A DNA stretch of 64,000 bases from NCBI RefSeq assembly GCF_009914755.1, contig NC_060928.1; one strand, 5' to 3'. The notes beneath the pieces are model-generated. The model searched no databases and was not told where the DNA came from. It saw only the letters and a list, made by a program, of their open reading frames with translations. Below, piece by piece: positions 14,476 to 27,904 of the stretch; the first letter of the stretch is position 1, and every line of letters starts with the position of its first letter. Made by a program: the position numbers and the translations under genes. This DNA is from the human T2T-CHM13v2.0 reference genome, Homo sapiens.

Positions 14476-15492
14476 TTTACTAGAGTTGCTAAGGGACAAT
14501 AACTCTAGGAACACATGTAGTTAGAGACATCTCATTTTTATTGAGAAACTGTATATTTGGATTTATAAAATTTAATGACCAAAGTGCTAAATGTTACAGA
14601 AATCTCTATGCACTACAGTGGCAAATAACCTTGTTTAAAATGTTTGGTAAAGTGGTAAGAGCAACTATCTCCAGTATTGTAGTGCATTCATTTGCATTAG
14701 TATCTTCAAATACATAGAGATCACTTTGGCTAACAGTAGTTAATTCCAGGTGATAGCTTCTAGGTCAACTCCTCCTATTCCATGTTTATTCTAAGTCTCC
14801 AATACTTTAAAACTTTGATTTCCAGATGCTAGTTAAATAGTCCTAATAACATTAGCTTGTACATATTAATCTTTTACTATATGCTTGGCTATGGGTCAAT
14901 CTCTTTACCTAATATCTTTTCTAATATTTTTACAATCACTTTATGGACAAGCTGTGATTATCATCCCCATAGTCCTGAATTAGATAACTGAAAAATTTGC
15001 CATAGCACAGAGATAGTAAGTAGTGGATAGAGAACTCAGCAAGTGCTAAAATGCTTTGCTGTGATCGTTTCCAAGCCAAGTTTCCACTAAGCTGTTTGTG
15101 CCAGGAACTGAAAGATCTCTGCAGTTGCTGAGAAGCAGGAGGTGGAGGCACCAAAGAAAGAAAAAGAAAATAAAGAATCAGACCCATATTTGAGTCTCAC
15201 ATCTGTTGCTAACCAGCTGGGTGACCCAGTGATATCATCTCTTTCACCCTGTGTCCTGAGCTGAAAATGGAGAAAAGAAAATCTGTTTATAGAGATGATG
15301 AGAAAATTAAATGAGTTGGTATATGTTAAAGTCCTCTGTAAACCTAAAAACATGACCCAGATGTTAATGTATTATTCTTACCTAAGGAACAAAATGAATA
15401 AAGGGGAGAAGAAAAAAGCACTGAAAGTTTACTTAAGATTAAAAATGGCATTAAAGATGGAAAGTCAACCATTACAGTGGGAGGACCCTAGG

Positions 15493-15852
15493 TAACATGG
15501 TTTGGCTCTGTGTCTCCACCCAAATCTCACCTTACATTGTAATAATCCCCATGTGTAAAGGGAGGGATCCAATGGGAGGTAATTGAATCGTGGGGGTGGG
15601 TTTTTCCTGTGCTGTTTTCGTGATAGTGAATAAGTGTCAGGAGATCTGATGGTTTTATAAAAGGAGGTTCCCCTACACATGTTCTCTTGCGTGTAGCCTT
15701 GTAAGACGTGACTTTGCTCTTCCTTCACCTTCCACAATGATTGTGAGGCCTCCCCAGCCATGTGAAACTGTGAGTCCATTAAACCTCTTTCCTTTATAAA
15801 TTACCCAGTCTTAGATATGTCTTTATTAGCAGCATGAAAATCGACTAATAGA
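15493..15852 (+). mobile_element. THE1B/C-like MaLR solo LTR
   Basis: atggtttggctctgtgtctccacccaaatctcacc...ccattaaacctctttcctttataaattacccagtc; perfect TSD ctagg (15488-15492, 15853-15857). Confidence 0.95.
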
Positions 15853-17559
15853 CTAGGAAAGCAAGCAGACATGAATTTGAATCTTGCCTTTTCCTGTCTT
15901 AGGCAAATCATGTAATTGTTTTGTACTTCTGATTTATTTAAGTAAAATAGAAGTAACATTATTCATGTATAGGGCATCTGTGAGTCCTCCCTTTCTTCCA
16001 TCTTTCTTGCTCTCATTCTTTCTATTTATTCATTTAGTTATTCCAAGTCATATCTCACCTATTCTTTTTTTGAATAATCAGATGGGAATTCTGGGTAGAA
16101 ATTTAAAAATGAAGGTTCAATAAATATCCCAGGACAGAATAGCTGTCTGCGGGCTTAGACTTGTCATCATCAGTTGCTTAACTGAAGCAACTGCACATAG
16201 TTATGCAAAACACACATGCATATTCACTTACAGAGAAAACCTTCCTGTAATGGTGCCTACCTAAAGCAGCACAAATCTGAAAGATTTATTGATGATAACA
16301 GAACTGGGGAATATTTTCAGTGAGTATGACAAATATTTAATAGCCTTAGTAACAAGTTCTGACAAATTGGTTAGCAAACCACAAGAGCTCTTGAAAAAAA
16401 ATGTGTATTGCAAAATACTAACAGCAGTGAATTCCAGGTAGTAGGGATATGGAAAATTATTATTTATATCTTTTATAATAATAAGTATATTATATAAATT
16501 ATATATGTTATGCCAAAATACATATGTATATATTTCCACTTCCCAAAAGAAAGTAGACAAAAGAGTAAATGAACAGCAGTCATGAACAGATTGTTTACTA
16601 TTGAAAAATACAATGACTAATACATATTTTAAAACCAATAAAAATTATTTCAAGAATTTTAACCATATTGGTGAATCAAATATGTACAAATGAAAACAGC
16701 AATAGGGTACTTTGTTCTGCCTATGTGGCTGGGAATATTTTTTGAAAATTTTGAAGATTGTTTTTTTTCTCCCTGGAATTGTGTCTCTGATACCACCAGG
16801 AGATGAATCTATTGCTTCCAGAGCATGAATACTAGAACAGAGGACAGTTGGTAAAACTGAGATACCATGCCAGGTAATAGTCGGAGTTTCAGGTGGAAAA
16901 TAGAAGATATGTTTCCATTGGGTCAAGCAAGAAGAGCTTGAGACATCTCATCGATTACCTACAAAAACTGCCCAGATAAGTGAGGAGACCCATGAGATTT
17001 GGTATAAATTGCTCACTGTATGTGGGGTAACAGAAAGAAGAATAACCCAACATAGAAAGCCTCAAAGCAGGAAGATACTACACAGACTTCCAAAGAAGCA
17101 GTGAGAGGACACCATCTGATGCTGGCTGCACCAAGAAGCCTGAATGGCTGTCAGTGTCAGGTGGGGAAGCAGATGACAGAAGAGAGGAGAACATGAAATT
17201 GTACTATAACTGCGTTTGTTGTCCAAATAAGCACAAGCTGTTCCATATAGTTTTACATGTTTCATTTACTTCTGCAGAGAGGAAAGAAGAAAGATGAGAG
17301 GGAAAGCTAAGAAAAGGTGAGAAGAAAGGGTCAGGAGGAGAAATGCAAAGAGACTGGGATAATTTTTTGGACCATACCTTCTCTGCTGGCAGCTTACTGT
17401 GACTGCACCATCCAAAATTTGGTATAAGGATTTGGAAATTTGACCAATATTTCTTAGAAGGTAATGAAATACCTAATTGTTTTCCTTCCTTTTCAGCCCC
17501 ATCACCATTTGTTCATTCAAAATTCAAAAGGTAAAGATGATGCCATTTTATGCTTGTAT

Positions 17560-18045
17560 ATAGTTTAATTGAGATTGCCTGATATCTCACAACATATTAG
17601 TAATCTAATGACTAGTAATTCCTCTCTGGAGATCACCCCTAAAAGTATACCCTAGAATGTGAACCAAAATTTATGTTCTAAATTTCCTGTCAAGTAATAC
17701 TATGTAAAGAACAAAAACAGGAGGGATATCTTAAATTCCAATGATAGAAGACTGATTGACTGTATATTAATACTTTGAAGTAGTAGAAATATTATAGTTC
17801 AATTGAAAATGATATCTGTAAGTATTGCTAATGATGCCAGCATAGATTTACTATGAAATGTTTTGTGAAAATAATTAAGATACAATTGTATTATGGGTAG
17901 CAAACACAGGAAAAACTAGAAAGAATACTAACAAGTAAACTGTGATTAAATTTCTACGGTATGTGTTGTCATCTTTTTAATTCTATTTCTCCATATTTTT
18001 CAAATTTTCTGTATGTATGCATAGTAATTTTCTATTTTGAAGAAA
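17560..18045 (+). mobile_element. Old L1M (L1ME-like) 3' region
   Basis: tgactagtaattcctctctggagatcaccc...tccaaattttctgtatgtatgcatag resemble L1ME 3' sequence. Confidence 0.55.
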
Positions 18046-18741
18046 TAGGTGTTATCATTTTTTGAAGAATAAAGGAGGCAGAGCTTTTAATTTTATAATC
18101 CATTTCTTCCTTTTAGCCTTGCTACAAGGCTGAAAAAATGTACAAGAAAAATTTTCCTGTTGTTTCTGCCTTATTTTTATTAGAGCAAGAAAAAAATGAA
18201 AACCCAAAAGTAAAATGATAACATGAAGAAAATGATACGTTTCTTAGGTATTTAGCTGAAATAGAGGTATAGAGAAAAATAATTGATGATTTTGGGAGGG
18301 TATTTTTCCTATGTCAAAAGGTAGAACTTGATGATGTCATAGTAACTCTTGTTTTGGAAGTGCATAAATATTCAAAATAAAAATTTTAAATGATCTTGTT
18401 TTCCAGAAGAAAATGATCCTCAAACTTTGTTTTTGTTATAGCTGCACTGCAATTTCTTTTGGTCTGAAACTATAGCAATAGAATTCTTGAAGATCACTTT
18501 GGCAAGAACGGAGTATATGGAGAATTAGGGACAATTTAAACTCACTTTCTTCTATTATCTCATATTATAGATGAATTATTGTCCTGAGATTTCATATTTT
18601 CAAAGCAAGAATACAGTTGGACATGGAAACATCTTATGATTATTCTTCTATAAGCAGAAAGAAGCATTTAATACAATCTAACACCCTTTTAGTCAAAACA
18701 CATAATAAAATAGCAAGTAATTAAGATTTTATTAAAAACTT

Positions 18742-18812
18742 ATAGATATATGTACATACTGTATATGTGTGTATATATACACACATACACTTACATACAC
18801 ACACACACAATT
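18742..18812. repeat. (TA/CA)n microsatellite
   Basis: Direct inspection. Confidence 0.75.
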
Positions 18813-18819
18813 GTATATG

Positions 18820-19553
18820 CAGTAGCCTTCCCTTATCTGCAATACCTTGTTTTATTCCGACACCCCCAGTGGATGACTGAAACCTCAGATACTAGCAAAC
18901 CTGATTGTCATCAATTGGAAGGTGCTTCTGTTCATGTCTTTCACCCACAAATTCAATGACTTTTTCATCTTAACTAAGCACTTATAAACAGTGGCTGTAA
19001 CTTTTGTAGTTTGAGGGGCATCAGAAAAACAAGCAAGATTTTTTTTCCTTCTTTACAGTTTCACACATGGATAATTTGTTCTTACCATAGCTCTTAGCAA
19101 TCTCAGCATATATACATATATTTTTCTTTCCTTATTAAAAACTTTCACCTTTTAACTTAAAATAACCACTTTACAGCTTCACTTTGCATGTCTGAATTGC
19201 CAGAATCACTATTCTTGCATTTTGGGGCTATTACGAAGTAAAATAAGGGTTACTTAAACACAAGCAGTGTGATACTGCAACAGTTGGTCTGATAATAGAG
19301 ATAACTATTAAATGATTAATAATGCACAAATAATGTTGATATTGTGGATACGCTGGACAAACGGATGACTTATGGCCTGGGCAAGTTGGAATGGGATGGC
19401 ATGAGATTTCATCATGCTACTCAAAACTGTATGCAATTTAAAACTTTTGAAATATTTGTTTCTGAAATTTTTCATTTAATATTTTTGAACCTCAGTTGAC
19501 CGCAGGAAACTGAAACTGCAAAAGTAGAAACCATGGAAAAGGGAAGACTGCTG
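18820..19553 (+). mobile_element. MER44C-like (Tigger7-derived, TcMar) non-autonomous DNA transposon
   Basis: TIRs cagtagccttcccttatc / gaaaagggaagactgctg followed by TA; internal gtggatacgctggacaaa and gagatttcatcatgctactc; ~734 bp. Confidence 0.88.
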
Positions 19554-19577
19554 TATACAATTCAGCCTCAAGGACAA

Positions 19578-20037
19578 TATATTAATTAGCTATTGCTACA
19601 ACAGTGCTGTGTAAAGAACAAACCCAAAACACGGTGGCTTACAAAAACACAAGTCTGCAGGAGATTTGTAGTTTACTGGGCTCAGTAGTTATCAACTGGG
19701 CTTAGTTCCAGTCTGCAGGATAGGATAAGGTCATTTTTTTTTCTTACTCGGGAGCAAAGTTGATTACTTGGGGCATTTTCTATTCATCAAAGAAGGCAGC
19801 AACATAAAAGACCAACTCAAACCATGCAAGTATATTTAAAACTGTATTTGCATCACATCGACAAACAATCCTTTCAATAAAACAAGTCACATGTACAAAC
19901 TCAAGGCTAATGGGGAGACCATGTGCACTTTACATCTTTACTGGCAGGCCTTTCTGAATCACATGACAAAGAGTGTGACTAAATAGTCTGCAAAGGGGAT
20001 GGAGTGAAGACTTTGGGAAAATGATTAAATCTATCAT
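19578..20037 (-). mobile_element. Old MLT1 (K/J-like) LTR
   Basis: ttagctattgctacaacagtgctgtgtaaagaacaaacccaaaacacggtggctta...aaacaagtcacatg. Confidence 0.65.
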
Positions 20038-20039
20038 AG

Positions 20040-23010
20040 CTAACATCTTACATCATGTGGAAACATTAGAGACCTTCTACTAATGTCAGAAACAAGAAAA
20101 CAGTATACTTGATCTCCAGCACCGTATTTAATATTGTGATGGCAGTATTAATGAATACGATTAGACAAGAAAATTCATTAGAAACATGAGAATTGGAGGG
20201 AAAGAGGTAAAACTTTATCAGATTATATATAAAATCCAAAAAATAAAAAACTACAATAAAAACAGTAACTTAATAAAGCATTAAGTTGTTCAGTTAATAT
20301 GTAAAAATCAACAGCCTTTATTTATCCAACAAAAACTTAATAGATGATATTATGGAAGACAAAATAATATATTGTAACAGCAAAAATAAAAATAAAATAC
20401 CTGGGTGTAAATTTTACAAAAGATGTCCCAAAGTTCTATGAAGAGGATATTTTACACCTGGAAAACATAAACAAAAAATTTCAGATTTGGAGCAGGACAA
20501 ATTGGTTATAAGTTTCAATTAAAACAATAAATAATTAAAACTATTAAGCAAAATTCTGAAAAAGAAAAATAACAAAAGGACCTGAAGGTTAGCCCTATTA
20601 GGCATTAAACATATCATAATGCCTCTATTATAACTGAGTTTGTCCAGGAATTTAATGAGTAAATAGGCTAATGTAAAACTACTGAAAACCCACAAGAGAA
20701 ATAATTTCTTATGAAAATTTAGTATATGATAAATGTGGCATCTTAAATTAGTGAAGAGAGGGATTTTTTTTAATATGAGCTATTTTAATATGCTATATCA
20801 AAGTGCATAATGGATCATTTTTCACTTCATTTTAGAATAAGTTCCAAATGCATCAGAGATTTGTAAAAGCAAAACAAAAATAATATAATGAGACCTTTCA
20901 AGTACTAGATGAAAACCTGAGTGACTCTATTTAAAATTTTGGAAAATAGATTACTTTTCTGACTATAAAATAAAAAATGATAATAGAAGCCATGGATAAG
21001 TTTCGCTTAAAAGATTTTACAATATTTGCATGGCAATAATACTATAAGCAAAGTAAAAATACAAAATCAAACTGACATCTATTTTTTATAACTTATACCA
21101 CAGAAAAAAAGAGTTAATATCTTAAATTTGTAAAGATTGAATACAATCCAAATGTCCATTGGTAAAGGTCTGGTTGAATAAATAACCACACAGTGGAATA
21201 TTATATAGTTGAAAAAAAGAATTAGGACAATTTCTATATTCTGTTAGATCTCCAGGATATGTTATTAAAGAAAAATTGCAAGCTGGAAAAAAATATATGG
21301 GGATGCTACCTTTTATTTAAGAAAGTGGTATTTGAAGGTCAATGTATAATAATTTATTTAAAACAATACAGCAATGGCAGGATAAGCTCTACATTAAAAA
21401 AAAGTTTATAGGAGGGAGAAAGCAGAGTGGAAGGCTCCCTATGAGAAGCTAGCTTTTTAAAAATATACCTTAATATATAGATTTGACCTTGTAACTAGAT
21501 AAATATTTTATGTAATTTTATTAAAAGACAATATTTAAAATATAGTTTCTCATAATTGAAAATGAAATAAATTATATAAAAAAATAGTCTGTACAGTGGT
21601 GGAAAACCATACAGAAAATACTAAACTAATAATTTAAGGTAATTTGACTGTACTGAGATATACCCTGAGGACACAATTAACTGAAACATTTTTTAATATT
21701 TTGTTGGATATAGTATTGATTTTATAATTTTGGGGCTGTTTTGTCTCATAAATAAAATGAATAATTATTTGGATATCATTTAAAATGTGGAGTTTCAGCA
21801 TATTTTAAAAGGAGATATAAATGTAAGGTCAATGAAACTAAGTAAAATTACATTCTGTGTTTGAATTGAAAAAATATCAGAATAAACCTATGGTGACATA
21901 AACAAAAGCAAAGTTGACTTCTAGCTTTGCACACTGAAAACATCTAGAAACAATGGCTAATCTAATAGTAATGAACTCCTCTAACATACAGATTATGGTC
22001 TCTAATTACCATTTTCTGTCAAAAAATGAATCAAGAATCCTTTGCTAATTGCAGTTGTGTCACAGTTGATTGGAGCATCTTGTCATTCCAGAAATCAAGA
22101 AATATCAAAATATCCTTACATTAAAAGATTCAAGACATGAAAATGTTTCCTGGCCAAAGACAGAACAATTTGAGCATCATTAAAGATAATAATTGTCACG
22201 TATTTATATTTATTAAAAATTTTAAATGCATTAGTTTATAATAGGTTAAAAAACAAAAAATAAAAAATACTTTATCATTTTTCCACATGTTTTTCCATTA
22301 TTGTATATTTTTGAAGGATATCAGAAAATTATCTTGTTATTTTGAAAGTTGGTAAATAAAGAGAAAGAATACAGTATTTATTTTGCCTTTCATAATAATC
22401 TATATCTCAGGTTAACTATTTGTTGATAAGTTTCTTTTTCTAATAGCATTTGTTTCAGCTAATAAAGGATTAGGAATGACAGAACTAGAATATGACAATT
22501 TTTGTAACTGCTCATGGATTTATGGATCTAGGCAATAATCATCTATGGCTACCAACATCCCAAAGAGACAAACCAGCATTGGATAGTTCATGAAGAAATC
22601 ATACAACACCATGTGTGAAGTTATCTTGGGAAACAATGCACCCTGAATCATATTGAGCCTTTAGATCTAAGTACTATTTAATAAGAAACCATTACAAGCA
22701 ACCATGGAGATGCAATCACCAGGAGCAGCTTGTGAGGAATTCTACAAGTCAGACAACTCTTTTTCCTCAACAAATGACCTGCAAGGCAAAAAAAGTACAG
22801 ATGGAGATGGAAGCCTACAAAGTAAAAGTGACTTATGACCTAGGTAATGGGTTGATAGGTTCAGCAAACCACCATGGCACATGTTTACCCGTGTAAGAAA
22901 CCTGCACATCCTGCACATATATCCAGGAACTTAAAATAAAATAATGTTTTAAAAGTGACTTATGAATGTGCTTTATTTGAATCCTGACTCAAATGAGTAA
23001 GCTGTAAAAA
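20040..23010 (+). mobile_element. Degraded L1M (L1MC/ME-type) ORF2 remnant plus long 3' UTR
   Basis: A-rich L1-like motifs: gattagacaagaaaa, gaattggagggaaagaggtaaaac, aaaatcaacagcc, aaaatacctgggtgtaa, atccaaatgtccattgg; no open frame. Confidence 0.8.
22839..22949 (+). mobile_element. Heavily 5'-truncated L1PA (older primate) 3' end
   Basis: cagcaaaccaccatggcacatgtttacc..gtaagaaacctgcacatcctgcacat; perfect 16-bp TSD taaaagtgacttatga (22823-22838, 22950-22965). Confidence 0.92.
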
Positions 23011-23194
23011 ACAGAAGAATTTTCTATTCTTTCCCTACCAAGTCAGCCTTACTTATTTATTTTATCTTCCTATTCATAATAAGCACTATATATGTGTTCC
23101 CTATTCTAATATAAAACTACCTTTTCTTTTTTCCAAATTAGTAAGTATAGGACTTGAGCATTCAAAAGACTCTAAGTAACATAAAAACAGAAAT

Positions 23195-23288
23195 TTTATC
23201 TATTTTGTTTACTGTTTTGTCTTCACTGCTGAGAACATTATCTGGAAATTAGTAGATGCTTAATTAATATCTGTTGAGTGAATGACTC
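23195..23288 (+). mobile_element. L2 3' end
   Basis: tctattttgtttactg...agtagatgcttaattaatatctgttgagtgaatga. Confidence 0.65.
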
Positions 23289-23373
23289 ATATTTAGTTAC
23301 ATTTAGAGTTGGAATTTGTCCCAGGTTTTCTGATTTCCAACCTAGCATAAGTGCCCCTTCACCACTTTACTAG

Positions 23374-23740
23374 ATGCTATCCATAACCTGCCCTGATAAT
23401 CCCTTGACCCACCTTAGTTTATGCATGAAGGCAGTTTCCAGCATGGTCTCAGCTTCCCACCCCAAGCATCCAGTTTTTTCTTCTTCCTTGCCTGAAGGTT
23501 TTCTTCAGTGGGTAAGTAGGCACAATCCAGAATTGCGTAACCCTAGGAAAGCCTCAGGAGCAAACCTTAACAAATGGGAAATTGGAGTCAGTGTATAAAT
23601 GCTCTAGCCTTTCAACCCTCCGATGAGGTTTTTTTTTGAGATATGTTTCACTTGGTGTCCTAGAGGATTCCTGAGAGACCTGAACCCAGTTCTCCATGAC
23701 AATTACGTGATCAGGGAAACTTTAACATATCTGTGCCTTA
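23374..23740 (+). mobile_element. LTR16-like ERVL LTR
   Basis: gtgtataaatgctctagcctttcaaccctc...gaggattcctgagagacctgaacccagttctcca. Confidence 0.6.
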
Positions 23741-23809
23741 TCCCTATAACTTATGTAATAACAGCTTTCTGTAGTGGAAAGAAAACAGCTGTTCCAAAAT
23801 CTTCATATA

Positions 23810-23995
23810 TATTGAATCTCCACAAGTCCTTACAAAATAAGTGCTAACTTAGGTATTTTTAATTTAGAGATGAGAAAACTGAAGCTCCAAGTGGCTAACT
23901 AATTTATCCAGTACTTATACCCGTAGAGTAGATACTGTTGGGCCAGGATTTCTATTCAGCTCTGTGAAAATACAGATGCCATGAACTTTCAGCCA
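23810..23995 (-). mobile_element. MIR SINE
   Basis: tttagagatgagaaaactgaagctc, MIR core antisense. Confidence 0.7.
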
Positions 23996-24151
23996 TAGAG
24001 TGGTGCATTCCTGCATTTCTAGAGTAAGGTGGCCAAAAGAACTTAATTAAATTATTGGTTCAATCGTTCACTGAAGAATCTCAATGTCATGCAGTTCATT
24101 AACAAGCATCTGATTCTTCAGCATTCTGGTGCTTGTACTGAAGAAAAGATT

Positions 24152-24340
24152 TATATGTTATAAATCACTACTCCTTGTCTTTTCATTATTTCTCTCAAGT
24201 TCTTAAGGGGAATGATGATGAAGAATAGAAAAATAGGGAGAAATAGTAGAAGGATAAAATCAAAACCTTTTAACAGTTTTAGCCTCAAAGCTATTTTGAA
24301 GATAAATGACATATCTAGGGTACAGAGTTAATCTTTGACA
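24152..24340 (+). repeat. Dispersed direct repeat, copy 1 (partner 28431-28608)
   Basis: Shared blocks ttcttaaggggaatgatg, agtagaaggataaaatca, ttttaacagttt, cctcaaag, aagataaatg. Confidence 0.85.
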
Positions 24341-25641
24341 AAAGACAAGCCCCTTGTGGGATTTTCTATTTGCTTGTTTTACTGATTATTTTTATTTTGT
24401 CCTGACAGGATTTTGCACCATCAGATACATTTTGATATTAGAAGATAAAGAGATTGGCCCGAAACTGGGATGGAGGAGAAGCAGCCAAAGAGTTGTTCTG
24501 TTTCTTAAGTTACTTTGAAGGTTGTACACTTTTAATATTCATTTTGAGGAATAAATAATTTAGACATCCAATTAAATACAGCTTTTATGTATGTTTTATT
24601 TTTTTCAATGTCTCTTGAGATAACTCTTGTAATTGGAGTGCTTCCTTCATATTTGAGCTATTCCCATGAGATTTTAGGAGTTGTGGGGAGGATGATGGAG
24701 AACCCTCAATTGTCTTTTTCATTATTCCACTTACTAAACACCTAGATAATAGCTTTAAATTTTCAATAGCCTGGGTATTAACAGCAAAATTCCAGCAACA
24801 AATTACTCGGACAAAATAGTCCTGTATAACATTATTAAATATAATACTAAAAGCATCCTGTCCAGAGACACACCTCAAATGTGGAAATGGAGTTATAATA
24901 ATACATTAGCACCTACATGATAATTGCTGTATGTCTAGTCTATGAGAGACTTCAAAATGGGCCAAAATAATAAATAGTCCATAAATTATTTTTATAAATA
25001 ATAAATACATAATAATATACTGGCATTGACCATATGTTCCCTGTTTTTGTTGTGCTCGAGTAATATTAAACAACTGAAGAAGATATTAACACAATGATCA
25101 GGGTCCCCACTGCAGGAGAATAAAAAATGATGGAAGAGGGGCTGGGTATGAGGGAACCAGAAGGAATATTTCTTCAGAGGGAATATGTGAGGCTCATAGA
25201 GGTCTCTGTAAATGGCACTAGGAAAATACAAAGACTGAGTTCCAGCCATGTTAATGCTCGGAACCATTTTGTTAGTGATAGTAACACCGTTTGGGACCAG
25301 AAAATAGGTAAGAGCTTGGAAAAGGGAGATTTCACAGCTTCCATTTTAAACTCTAATCTCACAGAAATGGTTCTTCCACCTACTCCTTTTCACTAGAGCC
25401 CTTTTCCTATTTCTACACTAGCTGTTCTAAAACTTACCATCTCCAAAGCTCTGCATCTCTCTGCCTCTCTGAGCTCATTCACTCAGAACAGATACATGCT
25501 TGAAAAATTAGGGGCAGTTTTCTTCTGCTGAAGCCAAATTTAATGTTGATTCTTTCAGAACAAGAAACGGGACAAAAGTGTCATGTTATTAATCGGCCAG
25601 GAGAGTGATCAGAAATCTTCCCTATGTTTCCATTATTTCTA

Positions 25642-25691
25642 TTAGGTTGGTGCAAAACTAATTAACCACAATTACTTTTGCACCAATCTAA
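25642..25691. mobile_element. MADE1 (Hsmar1 MITE), internally deleted, TA-flanked
   Basis: ta|ttaggttggtgcaaaactaatt-aaccac-aattacttttgcaccaatctaa|ta. Confidence 0.92.
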
Positions 25692-25752
25692 TACTAAATC
25701 TCCCTTTGTTTCAAGATTCCACTTGTGAGGTTGGTTTTTCTTGGAAATCCTC

Positions 25753-26111
25753 CGATATGGTTTGGTTGTGTCCCCACCCAAATCTCAACTTGAATTATAT
25801 CTCCCAGAATTCCCAGGAGGGAGAGGTCCAACCGGAGGTAGTTGAATCATGGGGATCAGTCTTTCCAGTGCTATTCTTGAGATAGTGAATAAGTCTCATG
25901 AGATCTGATGGGTTTATCAGGGATTTCAGCTTTTGCTTCTTCCTCATTTTCTCTTCTTTCAGCCACCATGAAAGAAGTGCTTTCACCTCCCCGCCCCCAC
26001 CATGATTCTGAGGCCCTCTCAGCCATGCGGAACTGTTAGTCCAATTAAACCTCTTTTTCTTCCCAGTCTCGGGTACGTTTTTAATCCGCAGCATCAAAAC
26101 GGACTAATACA
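25753..26111 (+). mobile_element. THE1A solo LTR
   Basis: THE1A-type gggtttatcaggg..ttttgcttcttcctcattttctctt and ccaattaaacctctttttcttcccagtctcggg; ends ggactaataca. Confidence 0.92.
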
Positions 26112-26711
26112 CCCACTACCTGATCAGAGAGAATCATTAAAAGGATTTTTTATTTTGGCCCATTTGAAATCTCTCATAGAATAGACATGCTGTAATGATC
26201 ATGTAGGTGCTAATGTCTTATTGTAACTTCATTTCCACATTTGAGGTGTGTCTGTGGACATGATGTTTTTAGTATCATATCTAATAACAGTACACAGGAC
26301 AATTTTGGAGGCACTCCAATTATAAGAAAGTTATCTCAAGGGATATTGAATAAATAAAACATACATACATAATATCTGTATTTAATCGGAAATCTAAATT
26401 CTTTATTCCTCAAAATGAATATTAAAAGTGTACAACCCTCAAAGTCACTTAAGAAACAGAACATCTTCTTAGGCTGCTTCTCCTCCATCCCAGTTTTGGG
26501 CCAATCTCTTCATCTTCTAGGATTCACAGGCACTCTATCACCTGACTACATATTCTTCAATGCCTGATTTGCTCCTAGGTATCCTTTTATTTGCTGAAGT
26601 ATAATTATAATACACAGGTATTAAGGATGCAACTCAATGCATTTTGACAAACACATACAAGCTAACAACACTCAGAGAAGATCTACAGCATTTCCAGCAC
26701 TCTGGAAAATG

Positions 26712-26712
<1 letters not shown>

Positions 26713-26760
<48 letters not shown>
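26713..26760. repeat. (TG)n microsatellite, ~24 units, one interruption
   Basis: Direct inspection. Confidence 0.97.
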
Positions 26761-26761
<1 letters not shown>

Positions 26762-26935
26762 CACTTTTCACTCAATTCTTAAAATCATTAGCCTTCTGGG
26801 AAATGGAAACAAGCAAATTTGCCTTGGGATGGCTGTAATACTGTCAGGTTAACTTTCATAATGTTCTCTTTTCTCACACTTTATTTCTCTCAAGATCTTC
26901 CTACAGAGTCAACCTTGTGACCTCCACTTGGCACA

Positions 26936-27557
26936 TCTAATAGTCAGAATTCTATGATATCCCTCCAGGTTTCCTGATCCTGGTGTAACATGCCCTGTGT
27001 AATCCCCAGGACTGTGAATATGATGGATTTTACTCCTGTTATTTTATATGGCACAGCTGATCTTAATATATGCAGGTGATTTGGGTGGGTCCAGCCTAAT
27101 CACATAAGCCCTTTAGAAGCCAAGATCTTTCTCTGGCTGGTCACAGAAATAAAAAATTAAAAAAAAAAATGAAGCATGAGAGGAGTTTAACATGAGTGGC
27201 ATTTTCCTTTGCTGAGATGGAAAGGGCCACATGGCAAAGACCTGAGAGCAGCCTCAAGAAGTGGAAGATGACCTGCAGCTGACAACCAGCAAGGACACAG
27301 AGATTTTATTCCAATTGGAAGAAACTGAATTATGCCAACAATGTGAATGAGCTTAGAAGCTGATTTTTCCCAAGAGCCTTTAGATGAGAACTTGGCCTGA
27401 CAGACACCTTGATTTCATCTTTGTAATACCTTAATCAGAATACTCAGCCATGCAATGGGAAACTTCTGTCCTACAGAATTATGTGTTAATGTGTAGGTGT
27501 TGTGTTAGACCACTAAATCTGTGATAATTTCTTATGCAGTGATAGGAAACTAACACA
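26936..27557 (+). mobile_element. MLT1E-like MaLR solo LTR
   Basis: cagaattctatgat...gtaatccccaggactgtgaatatgatggatttt...cagctgacaaccagcaagg...gataggaaactaacaca. Confidence 0.85.
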
Positions 27558-27832
27558 ATACTATAGTCAGTGCATGGGTATGTTTTAGATGCATTATATG
27601 TAAGAAACCAGTTATTGATTTTTATCATCGCACCTTCCTAGACTAGATCCAGAGCCAGAGAAACAGGATACCACAAATGTACATGACAGAAGAAGTGGAT
27701 ATAGCAATGGGTGCAGAAATAGGGACTTTTTTGTAATCTGTAATATAGAAGGCACAGTTTTAATTTTTTAATTTTTTACATATACTTACCTTATCTCAGC
27801 ACCTAGAATACTGCTTGTCTCAAAATAGTAAC

Positions 27833-27904
27833 TATTTCTTGAGAAAATTTTATTTGGTAAGTATAAAGTATTTCTTGAGAAAATTTTATATGGTAAGTAT
27901 AAAA
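27833..27904. repeat. Tandem duplication, 2 x 36 bp
   Basis: tatttcttgagaaaattttatttggtaagtataaag / tatttcttgagaaaattttatatggtaagtataaaa (34/36). Confidence 0.95.
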
